This document shows, one piece after another, positions 12,943-25,427 of a stretch of 63,760 bases of DNA (positions within the stretch are counted from its first letter, which is position 1; each line of letters begins with the position of its first letter). The notes below the pieces were generated by a model. The model saw only the letters and a program-made list of their open reading frames with translations, did not search any database and was not told the origin of the DNA. Position numbers and translations under genes: made by a program. The DNA is from Octopus sinensis. Its lineage: Eukaryota. Location of the stretch: positions 1 through 63,760 of the forward strand of contig NW_021831860.1 of the NCBI RefSeq assembly GCF_006345805.1, written 5' to 3'.

Positions 12943-14615
12943 CAGTCCGACCTCTAAATGGGGCACTAAGTGCCTCAAATCAGAGGTTTCCCCAAAAAAG
13001 AGGTTTTTCAAAAAGCTCAATAAATAAAGAAAAAGAACATTATTTTTTAAAATAATCAGTTAATTTTTCTCCATATTTATATTTATTTTTAATTCCTAAC
13101 GACACTTTCTTTCTGAATTCATAAAAATCATGAAGAGAATCTGGAATCAAATCAAAGATGTTTGTCTCTAAGTTTTCCATCAAACTTAAAATTTGTGATA
13201 TTGATGGTTCGCAGCTTATATTCTCATAGATATTTGGATCATTATCTTCTATTTCATCAAAACATTCATCAATAACATTATTAAATATTTATTCAGATGA
13301 TTCATTTATGCAACTCGAGTCTGATGGAGATTGTCGAAAAACCTTTTGCCAGCAGTTATAAATAATATCCGCAGATACATTATTCCAAGCATCTGAGATT
13401 ATTGTTACCACTTGCCGCAAATTTAATTTGGATAAAGACTCTATAAACAAATCCTGGTCGTCTTGAAAACATAAAAAATCAATTAGACAATTCAAATAAT
13501 TATCCTTGAAATTTTTAATAATTCCAGCATCCAATGGTTGAAGTATTGGTGTCGTATTTTTTGGTAAAAATAAAAAATCAACGTTGCTAAATGTCGATAT
13601 TTTGTGGCAAGCAGCGTTATCTAATAACATTAAGATTTTTCTTTTTTGGATAATCATTTTTTCATTAATTTTTTTGAGCCAGGATATAAAAATGTCTCTT
13701 GTCATCCACGCATTTTTGGACGAAGAGTATAAAATTCCATAAATTTCGGGAGAAAATTTTTTGAAACATCTAGGATTTCTATATTTTCAAATTTTTCTCC
13801 AGTGTAACTACAGCATAGATGAAGAGTAACTTTATCTTTACTCCTTTTAAAGCCCCGTGCCGAATCACCAGTTTTCACGAATGATTTACGTGGGGTAAGT
13901 TTGATAAAAAGAGAAGTTTCGTCACAATTAAAAATGTTCTCCTTTCCATATTGTTCAACTTTAATATTTAATTCTGATAAAAAATTCAAAATTATCGCAT
14001 GATCAGCAGATGCGGATTCGCCTGACAATGTTCGGAATTTTAATTCATGCCTCTGCTTGAATTTTTCTAACCATCCATTTGAAGCTTTAAACTTGTTTAA
14101 GCCCATTCTCGAAGAAACAGTTAGGGAAATTTTTTTTAAAAGAGTTCCAGAAACTGGAACATTCTGATCCCTTAGACGCTGAAAAATATCAAGGACTTTT
14201 TCATCAAATCCGTTTTTATTTTCACTTAATGATGAGGAAAGAAATCCTTTTTTGATAAATGGAAGAATATTCTTTTTTATACGAAAAATAGTTCCCTTGC
14301 TAGTATTGTACATTATGGATAATCTCCTCTCAGAATGTTCTTTCTTTAAAAGATGATCAGCAATCTTCAACTTGGTTTCATAATTCAAAGGCATTACACA
14401 ATAAATTTGAAATGAAACGTGTCTTAAAATATTTATTTTTTAAATTGGTATAATTAATTTTATTTAATAAAAAATCAATGCCACAAATAGAGATGTTAAA
14501 ATTAATTGATTTTTTATAATTTGGTTAAAAAAATTTATAATGCCCCAAAACAGAGTTTTCCCCAAAAAAGAGGTGCCCCACCCCTGGAGGTGCGCCCCAA
14601 TTAGAGGTCGGACTG
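12943..14615 (-). mobile_element. pogo/Tigger DNA transposon with both TIRs; transposase frameshifted
   Basis: TIR CAGTCCGACCTCTAA(A/T)TGGGGC at both ends, flanked by TA. ORFs 13702-14394 (HTH, FKASNGWLEKFKQRH, FNCDET) and 13289-13705 (LLDNAACH, PKNTTPILQPLDAGII). Confidence 0.93.
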
Positions 14616-14659
14616 TATATAAATAAAGGTAAACCAAATAAAGACAACAGCGCTACATA

Positions 14660-15090
14660 ATTTTTTTTTTATTTTATTTAAAGACCAAACACGGGCAAAG
14701 CCAGTTAATTATAGTTATTCCCGTGATCGCCGATCCAAACGAGGGAGATCCTTCTGAAAGGTTCAATCCTTCCCGCAAGATCGGCCTGAGACGACGATGT
14801 CCCAGGGTCTGAGAAGCTAAGAGTCCTTTTTCGGTAGGCATTAAGTGCCTCCTGAGCGTTGCTATATCCGGAGGAATTTCCACTGACATGGTGGACCCCG
14901 TAACGCCACGCTAAGCCCGGAAGGTAAGAGATCCCCATTTCCAACTGTGTCGTGCCAGAAGTACTCGTTGCCTCACGGGCAGGGGAACGATAACGAGAAT
15001 TTGCCCCAGGATGAAAACTGGCCTCCTTCGGAATCGAACTCACGACCGTCCATATCCATTATCCATAGCTTAGTCTTCAGCCAAGGGGGC
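14660..15090 (-). mobile_element. tRNA-derived SINE, copy 1 (about 420 bp)
   Basis: Close reverse-complement match to 28632-29056. A-box-like TGGCTGAAGACTAAG, B-box-like GAGTTCGATTCC and an A-rich tail. Confidence 0.8.
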
Positions 15091-15200
15091 AGAGCAAAGA
15101 ATGTATAGTCTACGTTACCTCTGACTATAGCTAAAGAGACTTGATACTGATTCAGTATGTATAATTACAACATTATCTAGAAAAATAAATAATAATCCTA
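15090..15200. repeat. About 110-bp direct repeat, second copy at 16168-16278
   Basis: CAGAGCAAAGAATGTATAGTCTACGTTACC...TCTAGAAA(A/G)ATAAATAATAATCCTA occurs twice, nearly identical. Confidence 0.9.
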
Positions 15201-15404
15201 TAATGCAAATAAATTAAGCCGTTTATGATAATTACTTTTAATAAAGGTTAACCATTATATAAAAATATAATTTTATTTAATATGAATATTTTTAATTATT
15301 ATTTAGGGTTTTTATGAGCATTATATTTAAGATTAGTTGCTCGATGACCTAATTGTGCCCACGGCCGCACATTCATCGACTCACGGCCGCACTTGCGCAC
15401 CCCT

Positions 15405-16230
15405 GTTATAAATATTCGATTTCGCACAGTTAAATCAAAATGTTTTTGTTTCCCATTTTAGCCTGTTTAATCTCTATCGAAGGTTTTTGATGGTTAATAT
15501 TAATTCTTAGGAAACATGTTTGGTTACCTCATGGATGATCTCAATTTCGATTCCGTCAATGATCCGACGGTATTTATTTCATATTAATTTCTACCATTTA
15601 GATTACAACTACAGGTTCAACTGCAAGTTGAGATTTGATTTATAACTTAATTCATAGAAAAAATTGTTCACGATTTTGTCAATGATCCGACGGTATTTAT
15701 TTCATATTAATTTCTACCATTTAGATTACAACTACAGGTTCAACTGCAAGTTGAGATTTTATTTATAACTTAATTCATAGAAAAAATTGTTCATGATTTT
15801 GTCAATGATCCGACGGTATTTATTTCATATTAATTTCTACCATTTAGAATACAACTAAGAACCTAATAAATACAAGTTCAACTGCAAGTTGAGATTTGAT
15901 TTATAACTTAATTTTTAGGAAAAATTGTTCATGATTTATTCGAAGAAGACGGGGGAATGATTGCATCTTCCAAATTTCAAAATTCAAGTTAAGACTTGAT
16001 TTATAAATTTTAGTCACTGAACCATCAAATTTGGCTTACTCAATTGTAGCTATCTCGGTTATGGCTCAATTACTTTATTACTAATTATATTAATTTACAT
16101 CTTAACTAATAAATCATTCCCGGAAGTATCAATAAATTAAAATTATGACTTGAATTCACCATTAAACAGAGCAAAGAATGTATAGTCTACGTTACCTCTG
16201 ACTATAGCTAAAGAGACTTGATACTGATTC
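15405..16230 (-). repeat. Dispersed ~0.85-kb unit with internal 123-bp tandem repeats, copy 1
   Basis: Collinear with 30218-31144. GTCAATGATCCGACGG recurs at 15555, 15678 and 15801, a period of 123. Confidence 0.9.
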
Positions 16231-16389
16231 AGTATGTATAATTACAACATTATCTAGAAAGATAAATAATAATCCTATTATTATAAAGAATGATCCTAAT
16301 ATTATAAATACAAATCCCAAAAAGATAAATAACGATCCCAATATTATAAATAAAAATTACAAAGTGCGTAAAGTAAGGATAAATAACAT

Positions 16390-17225
16390 ATGGAAGACAA
16401 TGTTTGCAACCGAAAAATACGAAAGACACTCACATTTAATTTATTTAATCAATTTCTAAGATTAAGAAACAATATTCCTGTTAAAGAAATTTCCAAAATA
16501 GTTGATATATCACCTTCTGCAATTTACAAAATTTGTAAATTTTCGGATGAAAATGAAAATGTTGATTTCTATGCTTATGTATGGTCTAAAGGCCCTAAGA
16601 AAAAAGATAACCGTGAAATAATTGAAAAAATTACAAATATTATTAATGAGGATAATTCTTTGACACAATTAGGTGTTAGAGAAAAGCTTTTTACAAATCA
16701 AAACAACAGTATATCCATAAGCAGATCAAAAATCAATAGATTGTTTAAAGAATCAGATTTAACCAGAAAACGTTTGAAGAAACGTTAAAAAGTTATTCTC
16801 ACCCCAAAAAGCTCTCTAACTCAGATATTTGTAAACTTGTCAACATTGTGAAAGAAAATCCAAAAAAAAACACTGGCCAACCTGAAAGAAGAAGTTTTCG
16901 ATTTTACAGGAAAAGTTGTCTGCAAAAAAACAATAAGCAATTATCTACATGAAAATCATTACAAAGCATGTGTGTAAAAGAAAACCTTTTTTATCAAAAA
17001 AATAGTGAAAAACGATACAAGCTTTCAATAATCTTTTCTGCAATGAGCAATGAAACGTAAAGAACTGTTATATAGAGTGACGAGGCTTCCTTTGAAATTT
17101 TTTCATCTAAAAAAGAAAATTTTTCTTTAGAAAAAAAATAAAGCCTAAAATTATGCCCATTCAACGCCAACTTTGAAGTTTGGTGGTGGAAGAATTATGG
17201 TATGGGGTTGTATCTCCTATCATAT
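16390..17225 (+). mobile_element. Degenerate IS630/Tc1-like transposase fragments
   Basis: HTH-like ORF 16390-16788 ends LTRKRLK. Downstream SDEASF and TLKFGGGRIMVWGCISY. Confidence 0.7.
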
Positions 17226-17239
17226 TCTAACAACTCGTA

Positions 17240-19000
17240 CTTTACAGAAGAGGGAAAAAGAACAGAGTTGACGAAATTAGTGGAAGCGGACAACGATGAT
17301 AGGTAACACGGAATGGATAAATCACGGCAAGAGCGAATACCGATGCCCCCATAACGGATGGCCAATCAGATTTGAATTTTATGTTTACCAGTAGCCCAAG
17401 GGCTTTGGAAACCAGATTATCGAGGCGAGATAAGTATTCTTGTTCTGGGAAGCAGGGCGTAGAGCTCATGAGAAAAGTAAGTTTCGGAATAAAGAGATAG
17501 TTCTTGAGTAGAAAAAGCCCCAGGTGTGATTCAAGTTTACAGATACGCGAAATGAGGATTTATATCTCATCTAAATCTTCACCAAGTGTGACGTCATCAA
17601 GATACCAAAGATTGACTTTAGAAGATAATTGGGACGCAATATGATGTACTCCTAGAAAGAACAGAAGAGGCCCCAATGGGTCACCCTGTTGAATCCCCGA
17701 ATCAGACATAATAACGGTGTTAGCAAACAGGAGACAACTTGGGGAGGCATATGATAGATGTACGATAGGATATAATGAAAAAAAACGATTACGGACAGAT
17801 TCTAAAATATGATCTCGACGGATAGAATTGAATGCATTTTTGACATCCAGTTTAAGGAGGAAATGGACTCCATTATTTTCCGAAGAAGCCAGCTGCCGTA
17901 TACCATGGGCGGCTGCTTCACAAGCACCTTTCAAACCTACGCCCAGTTGGATCGCATTAAAAGTTCACTTGCTTCAGAGACTACCGAACGGCAAATAATT
18001 TTAGCCGCCAGGCGTCTAAAGACATTTTTAACAGCAATCGGTCGTATTCCACCATCACATTTGTTTAGAGCCGTCAGATTTGCGGAGAAAAGTAAATCCC
18101 TTGCAAAAGGAGGGATCTCACCAGAGATAATTCTTGTGCATAGGCAAATTATGGCCAACATTAGGCGTGCATAGGCAAATGATGGGTTTCATACCATCAA
18201 TACAACCACTGCTACTGAGGGGGAAAGAACTGAGAGCAGCAGATACTTCTGCTGAAGTGACGGAATATGCGTTACAAACGGAACCAGTGACCAACTCAGG
18301 AATTTTGAATATATCGTCCGGTGCCGCAGAATGTTTGAACGCAGTTGACTGAGAACCTTGTCCGAAGGAGGGGCAATAGATGAATTAGAGCAGATAACAT
18401 GGACAGCACTGGGCACATCGCCTTGCATGAGCTTGCCTCGAACCATTATGGTAATGTCTTGAATGGATACGTTTGGACGACGGTGCCTTTTTACGGACTG
18501 AAAAGAAATGGCACTGATATCGAATTTAGCGAATATTTCACAATTTGATTTAATATTCTGCGAAAGAGACGTGCGGTCGCCACCGAGACAAACGGAGGCA
18601 AAAGAGAAGAGCTTGTACCAATCATCTGGCGAGTTTGAGGCCAGAGATCGCTCGATTGCCAGAGCAAAAGATTTGGCCACTTGAATCCTGGTTAATCTGC
18701 GCCTCATAAAAAGGCCGGTCAGTTGAGGATTTTTTAGATGATATAGCTTAGTGATCATCGTGTGTGAAAGGCATGAAAACCATTTCCAAGAGAATATTGC
18801 GGCCGAGTTACGCTTAGTGAGTTTAACACACGAAAGGTAAAAAAACTGGCTGCAGGAAACGCAGAAACGACCCGATTTACAAGAGTTAACAGATTTACAG
18901 GAAAAGCAAAACGACATAAAAATATGAACAGAGAAGTGGATAAGATAAAGAAATAGACAGAGAAAGATTAGATGGATAGGAAAGGATTAGATAGATCAGA
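17240..19000 (-). mobile_element. CRE-clade non-LTR retrotransposon, 5' half (Cys-rich N-terminus plus RT), frameshifted and 3'-truncated
   Basis: LTALNK.DGGIRPIAV.NVFRRLAAK, KLDVKNAFNSIRRD, GIQQGDPLGPLLF and WYLDD. A Cys-rich N-terminus opens ORF 18189-18917. Confidence 0.88.
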
Positions 19001-19029
19001 AATATTAAATTGTACTCTAATTAACTTAA

Positions 19030-22000
19030 TACTAAATGTTAATTCGGATCTATTTAAAATTGATTTGACGTATTAATTCATTATTTTTCTTTTTGAGCCA
19101 TTCCTTAGCTCTATAACTGCAATCTCTTGTCGACCATCACCAATCTGATCCTCACTCCAGGATTGTTGTTCCATGGGCACGATTTCGTCGTCCTCAAATT
19201 GTTGTAGAGATTTTCGTTGTAGAAAATGAATGACTTCACTAACATCACTCTCTTGAAAGTTCATCCCATTTCGGTGCTCCACTAACATGCTTTCAAGAGT
19301 TTTCTTTAGTACAATAGATTGAATATATGCCCTCGGAATAGTATCCACACCCAAAAAATCTATATATGATTTGTAGAATTTAGTCACGATTCCCTCCCAA
19401 GTCATAACAATAGGGACAATTTTAACTTTCGCTTTGTATATTTGGGACAACTCTCCAGCGAGGAGGTCGTATTATGAAGTTTTTCAACCTCAACCACCTT
19501 CAGCATCTCCTGAGAAGTGATTCCGACCTCTACTAAAGTAATCTCCCTTGTCCTTTTATCGAAAACAAATATGTCCGGCTGTTATGTTGTACTTTGATGT
19601 CTGTCATCAGCGTCGTATCGACTCTGATCTCAACATTCTCAGTTGTTACTATTGATTGGACTGAGTGAGTCTTCAGTTTCTTTGAATATGTGATTCCATA
19701 TTTACGACACAGGTTTAAATGAAGACATCTCACCACCTCATTGTGACGGCGTATATAATCACTATTTAACATTCTATTGCATCTCGTTGCCAAATGATCG
19801 ACTGTTTTTTTGGCAGATTTACAATGACTGCAATTTGATCCTTTTTCCTCAAAGAACAAGTTTCGGTCCTGTAAAAGGCAATACAATGCTTCGGCTCTTG
19901 GACTATTATTCCCTTTTGCAAGCCAGCCCGACGATGATGCAATATCAACATTCAAGTCTTTTAAACATTTGAATAACATAGAATGAAGAGATTTACTGTT
20001 AATTTTCGTCAATAACCATTCAATTTGAACAATTTTAAGTTTCCGTACATCCATGTCAGAGGAATTATCATCCAAGTTATACTTCTGGGTTAGGAATCCC
20101 GCGATCGTGGCCATATGTGTTTTCTTTGAATTGACAGCCCGCAGAATTCCAGCTTTTCTCAGACACACATTAAATTTTCTTTCCAAATCATAAAGGAATT
20201 GGAACAACATGCATTCACTTCTGAACACGATTGAAGTGAGCCCTCTTCCAAGTTTATCTTATGCTAAATATAGCCTCTCTTTATTTGCAGGCTTTAAATG
20301 AAGTTTTGTCTCATAAAGAATACGCCGAACATCAACATCAATATCCTCAAACTCATGTGGTTCAATGTTGATTAGTCCAATATAATAATTGTAAAGTGAT
20401 AGTGCGGATTCGTTAATTGCTTTGAACATATTTACTGCATTCAGTTTTGTGCTTGCCAAACCCTTAATTCTTTTTTTAACTTCATCGGAAATCTTTTCTA
20501 AAATTTCCTGTTTTAGAGTGTTACTCCATTTATCCTCCAACACTCCAAGGTATCGATAACCTTCAGTTCCATCCAAATATTTTGCTTCCTTTGATAAACA
20601 TTCAACATTAGTAGCCGACTTTTCAATGTTTTTATTGAGTCCTGCTGATTCAAAAAATAATTCAATATCATGCATCATCTTAATAATCGTGGCCTCTTCC
20701 TTGGCAAATATTTTTAGATCATCCATAAAAAGCAAATGATTAGTGGCATAGGTAATCATCGATGGACTAGACTGGCTAATATGCACTGTTGGGTATTTTC
20801 CAGTTAATATCCTACTCAAAGGATCCATCACCAAAACAAATAGCTGTGGAGACAAAGAGTCCCCTTGCAGAATTCCTCTTGATATTTTAACTGTTTTGAT
20901 TTCATTTCTATTAAAATTCAGTTTAACTCGCCATTTTGTAACCAAAGTAGGGATAAAACTAATAATCCAACAAAAAAGTGAACAGTATCTCAGAATTTTG
21001 AGGAGGAATTCATGGCTTACTGAGTCAAACGCTTTTTGGACGTCTATCCATGCTGGATATAAAGAGTTGTCAAATTCTTGGTTAATACACTGATCTATTA
21101 AGGCTTGTTCCTTGGCATCCTGCCACCTTTCCTTGTTCCTAGTTGATTATCTGAGATTATTTGGAATGTGTCAAAAAAATCACTTAGTTTTTTATTGAAA
21201 CATTTTGTGATCAGTTTGTATAAGTTCGGCATGCATGTAATTGGTGGTATATCTTTGGGTGCCTCACAATATTCCTTTTTTGGTAAAAGATACTTTATCC
21301 CTGTATGATACCAATCCCCTGGAATACATTTTCCATTAATAACATCCACAATCACCTTAATAACATCCGCAAATGCTCATGCAATGCATCAAATTTCTTG
21401 ATGAAAAAATTATAAACTCCGTCACACCCACAGGCTCTCCAATTAGGCAGTTGTTTAACAGTTTCCAAAATATATTCCTCATCAAATACTGCTGGGTACA
21501 TCTCAGCTCCAGTAATCCGTTTAGTGATGCTAATTTGAGTATCTGGAAGTGGTTTCTGATCCCAAATACCATTCCAGAACTTTAAACATTCATCATTACC
21601 AAACCCATATTCACTAGCTATGTTAGTCCCATTCACTCTTCTATAAAAGGCTCTTCGATTCAACTCGAGACAATAATTATCCCTTCTAAATAACTCCTGG
21701 ATTCATGAGTACGTAATTTCTTTTCCAGGATCTTTATTTTGTCGGAAATTAAAATTGAGATTCTAGCAAACTCTCCTTTGTTGACTTTTTATAGCCATAT
21801 GAACATAAGACATCAAGGGTTTTTTCCACTCCGTACTTTTTGCAGTCATATTAGGAAAATTATTTACCATAGACATATTTGTTTTTAATGTTTCAATTTT
21901 TTCAGATGTACTTTCAACAAATTTACTGTTTACTCGAGAAGAATTGGATATATTTTCATAAGAAATTTGACCAGCATAAATAATAAGTTCTTAGGAGGAT

Positions 22001-22500
22001 AGGATTTCAAATATTCTTTAATTGCAAAATTAATTCCAAATAGTAGCTTTTTACCCAAAAGTTTGTAAGGAATCTTCTTAGTGGCAGGCCGGTTAGTTCG
22101 GGGAAGACTCTGAACTCTCCCAAACCGAATTTAAATTCCTCAAGACAATTTCTTAAATTGGATATTCATAATTCTGTAAGGAAGCTCCACAAGAATTACT
22201 ATTGGTAGAATTCTTTGTACAGGGCACCCTTGAAAGTGTTTAAAATCGGAGATAGACTTCGAGGTCCCAAACTTTTCATTGAAAGTATCCGTTGTAATAT
22301 ACCGATTAAATCTCTGACGAGAAAGTCTGACAACCTCGCTGGCCCACTCTACTTTATCAGAGTGATCTACAGCATCAGCCATGGCTTTCAGAGCTTGCAG
22401 TTTTGTGCTAAAGGCTGCACCCGAAGTAATCTCCTGGACATTATGCAGTTCCCGAGCCAAACATCATACTTCGTCTGTGTTTCCAGTTTCTAAATCAGCA
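19030..22500 (-). mobile_element. R4/Dong(NeSL)-like RLE non-LTR retrotransposon, near full length but frameshifted
   Basis: LPNWRACGCDG, PITCMPNLYK, RGILQGDSLSPQLF, NHLLFMDDLK, YRYLGV, ERLYL, CSHC..KTVDHLATRC, YIRRHNEVV and IVPIVMTWEG. The 5' boundary is uncertain. Confidence 0.85.
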
Positions 22501-22765
22501 GGAAGGCCCGTAGAATATGTTTCAAATTGTTTGTTTAAAACAGACATGCACTACACCACAAAAGATCACGTGTTTAGAAATATTATATAGAAATATTGGA
22601 TAGATGAAAACCACAACAATAGATTATTGAATAACAAATTTGCAGTACCACATTGTTTCTGCTTTATATCATTAAAATTACTTGGCTTATTTTCGGAATT
22701 AAATTTATTAATCATTTAGTTTCACCTAAAAAATTAAATTTAAATAGTATTTATCCCATTTCTGA

Positions 22766-23773
22766 ATGATGTGAGATAATTTATTTTTGGTTATACTTAG
22801 ACTCGAGTTTTTAGTCGCCAATTTTTGCGCCTGGCTAATCTACTTATGTTTTCGCTCCAAATACACCAAATCACTCAAAGATCTCAACATAATTATAACC
22901 GGCGCCAGTTCAGGGATCGGCCGAGGTATATATCTTTGAAAAATCTAAGCATGTGCCCTCGAACTGTCTAAATCTGGAGCAAACCTATTCCTATGCGGAA
23001 GAAACCTCGAAAAGCTGATACAAACCAAGGAAAAGTGTTTCCTTAACCATCCAAATATCTCCGAACCTGCCATCTGCAATTTTGATCTTTCCAAGGAAGA
23101 GGAGATAATCTCCGGCATCAGGAAATTACGAAAACAAACTGGCGGAAAAGTCGATGTCCTTATCTGCAATGCCGGTCTGTCCTGCAGGGGTGCCAGTCTG
23201 AGGGAGACTGATGTGAGTGTCTACAAACATTTGATGGACGTCAACTTCATGTCCAACGTCCTTCTCATTAAAGGTTGGTTCTAAAAATAATCTCCAGGCT
23301 TGATTGGAGACATGGTAGGAAATAAGGGAGGGCATATTGTGGGGATAAGCAGTATTCAGGGAAAGATAGGCCTTCCAGAAAGAGGCCCTTGTTAGTTTAT
23401 GATAAGAAAATTTTAGATTCGTCTTCTAAGTTTGCGTTTGAGGGATTTTTGGACTCTTTGAGGGCGGAAGAGACAAAGAATGGGATTAAAGTCTCCGTGA
23501 TTTCACCGTCTTATGTGAAGACTGCGATTTCCTTGAACGCACTGACCGCTGATGGGACACTTAATAAAAGTCCGAGGAGATTATTTGAGTGTTTTAGAAG
23601 AGGATCTGAAAAATCAGTCTGGAATGGATGCCAATTACTTAGCACGGATTGTGGTGAGGAATATTTGTTCAGAAAATAATTCTCACGTTCTCGTCGCTCC
23701 TCTCAAGTACCGTCTTGCCGTCTACACGAAACACTTGTTTCCCGGCTTGATTGCAAGATTTACTCGCCGTTAA
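22766..23773 (+). CDS. DHRS7B: Short-chain dehydrogenase/reductase, DHRS7B-like, 6 exons
   Basis: N-terminal hydrophobic anchor, ITGASSGIGR, VDVLICNAG, MDVNF, SSIQGKIGLPERGPYSSSKFA (YxxxK across a junction), FLDSLRAE, SPSYVKT.ISLNALTADG. Introns are 22771-22800 (30), 22926-22949 (24), 23274-23297 (24), 23391-23416 (26) and 23570-23597 (28). Confidence 0.88.
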
Positions 23774-23899
23774 CCTTTTTTGATTTTTCATTTAAACTAT
23801 TCGATAAAACAATAAACATTTTCACGATGTTGTTTCATAATTTGTGGGATTGCCTCGTTAAGCAATTTGTTGATTGTTATTAATTTAACTAAAGAATGT

Positions 23900-24365
23900 T
23901 AATTAGACTCTATGCCAATTCCTGACCTCGGAACATTATTGGAGGATGACTGCGCATCAGTACTGCAGTGAAACTCTTACTTGACATCTGCGAACACTAT
24001 CGTTGCATCAAAGGTGTCCAACCACTCTCTTGAAAAGGAAGTGTGAGCGAGTTTCTCGGCGCTCCGCAATTAACAATGTGTTCTTACAAGATTTTGAGTC
24101 AGCGGGTTTCTCCTCGGTGCTAGAGTCAGTAGGCCTGAATTGTGGAGATAGTAAAAGACCCGATGGGATGACCATCTTTCCTTATTCATACGGGAAATCG
24201 TTGGTTTGAGATTCAACTTGTTGACACCCATTCAAAAACAAAACAGTCTCTTCTGCTTTCTCCGGGTTCTGGAGGAGATGCTCAAAACAAAAGAAAATTT
24301 ACAAATATGCAAACCTGATCAACGGTATCGCTTCATTTCTATTGCTGTGGAGACATAACTGTCGT
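23900..24365 (+). mobile_element. CRE 3' remnant
   Basis: RSAINNV, LES.GL..GDSKRPDGMTIFPY..GKSLV*DST. Confidence 0.75.
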
Positions 24366-25427
24366 TCATTAAAAAAACAATTTAAATGAATCATCTACGT
24401 TGATAAACTTGTTTTAATTATTGGTGTCTTTTTATGTTCTTGCTTTTTGTGCCCTCTTTACGTCAACCTATCATAAACAACAACTCAAATTCTTTTATCT
24501 GTTTAATCTTATTTACCAAGGTTTATTTTTAGCACATTTTCTTATTGCTTTTTGATCGCCTTAGAAGGGTCTAAACATTTTAATGCTATTTTATATGAGT
24601 AGGGTTAAAGTGAATGCATTCTTATGTCAAGGATTTTGGTTACGGTTTGCGTTTGAATTAGAGTTGAAGTAATGCGTCCTTAGCATTAAAGAATTTTGCT
24701 CAATTTTATTATTTATATTAGTCATTAAAAAACATTTTTGGTTCCTGACTGAAATTTTGGTGATTCGAGAGGGTTATTATCGATTTTTTTAATTATTTTA
24801 TTATGAACATACGAAAATTTTTTATTTGAAAAATCAGTAATTTTAGTTTTTAATCTCATTTTCTTAGTTTTTGATCAATCATTTTCCAACATGTTTAAAG
24901 TTTCCATGTCTGTCACATTCAGTTTAAAATAGTTTCTTAGGTTGTCCAATGCGCGAAAAGAATCTACAATATTTTTATTTTTGCTGGTCTCAATTAAATT
25001 TTCATCAATCAATAGCCTCGTGCGGGGAACTGTTTCGAAAATTTCAAATGTATCATCTTAGACATTTCGATTAATTCGTCAGCGTATTCAATAAAACTCC
25101 TGCTCAGTCAATTGGTCGTTAATTTGTAATTTTGTATAAGAGTATCAAATTGTTTTATATCCTTAGGAATTATGGTGAACAATCTATTTCGCGCGTGGAA
25201 TCCATTTTGTATACTTTAAACAATTAAAAGTCCTATTGGTTCTACATTTTCCATTAATAATGAGTGAATATTGAACCAATTAATGTAACAGACTTACAGT
25301 TAACAAAAATAAAAAGTGAACATGCTTTTTTCTTTAAATTTACAATGGGACAATATTACAAATATGTCTCAAATTTATTCTAGAAATACTTTAAATAATT
25401 GAGGCTCGAGAATTGGATGTCCATATA

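Noticed and set aside
14674-15043. ORFs in the SINE copies (also 28670-29040) as protein genes
   Set aside because: Frames are not conserved between the two copies, and the element has Pol III boxes and a tail.
15555-15920. CRISPR array interpretation of the 123-bp periodic repeats (also 30340-30850)
   Set aside because: Whole units repeat with no unique spacers, there are no cas genes, and the context is eukaryotic.
17240-22500. Prokaryotic-type RT systems (retron, DGR, group II intron)
   Set aside because: The RTs have non-LTR CRE and R4 features (CCHC plus RLE), with no msr/msd, TR/VR pair or intron domain V seen.
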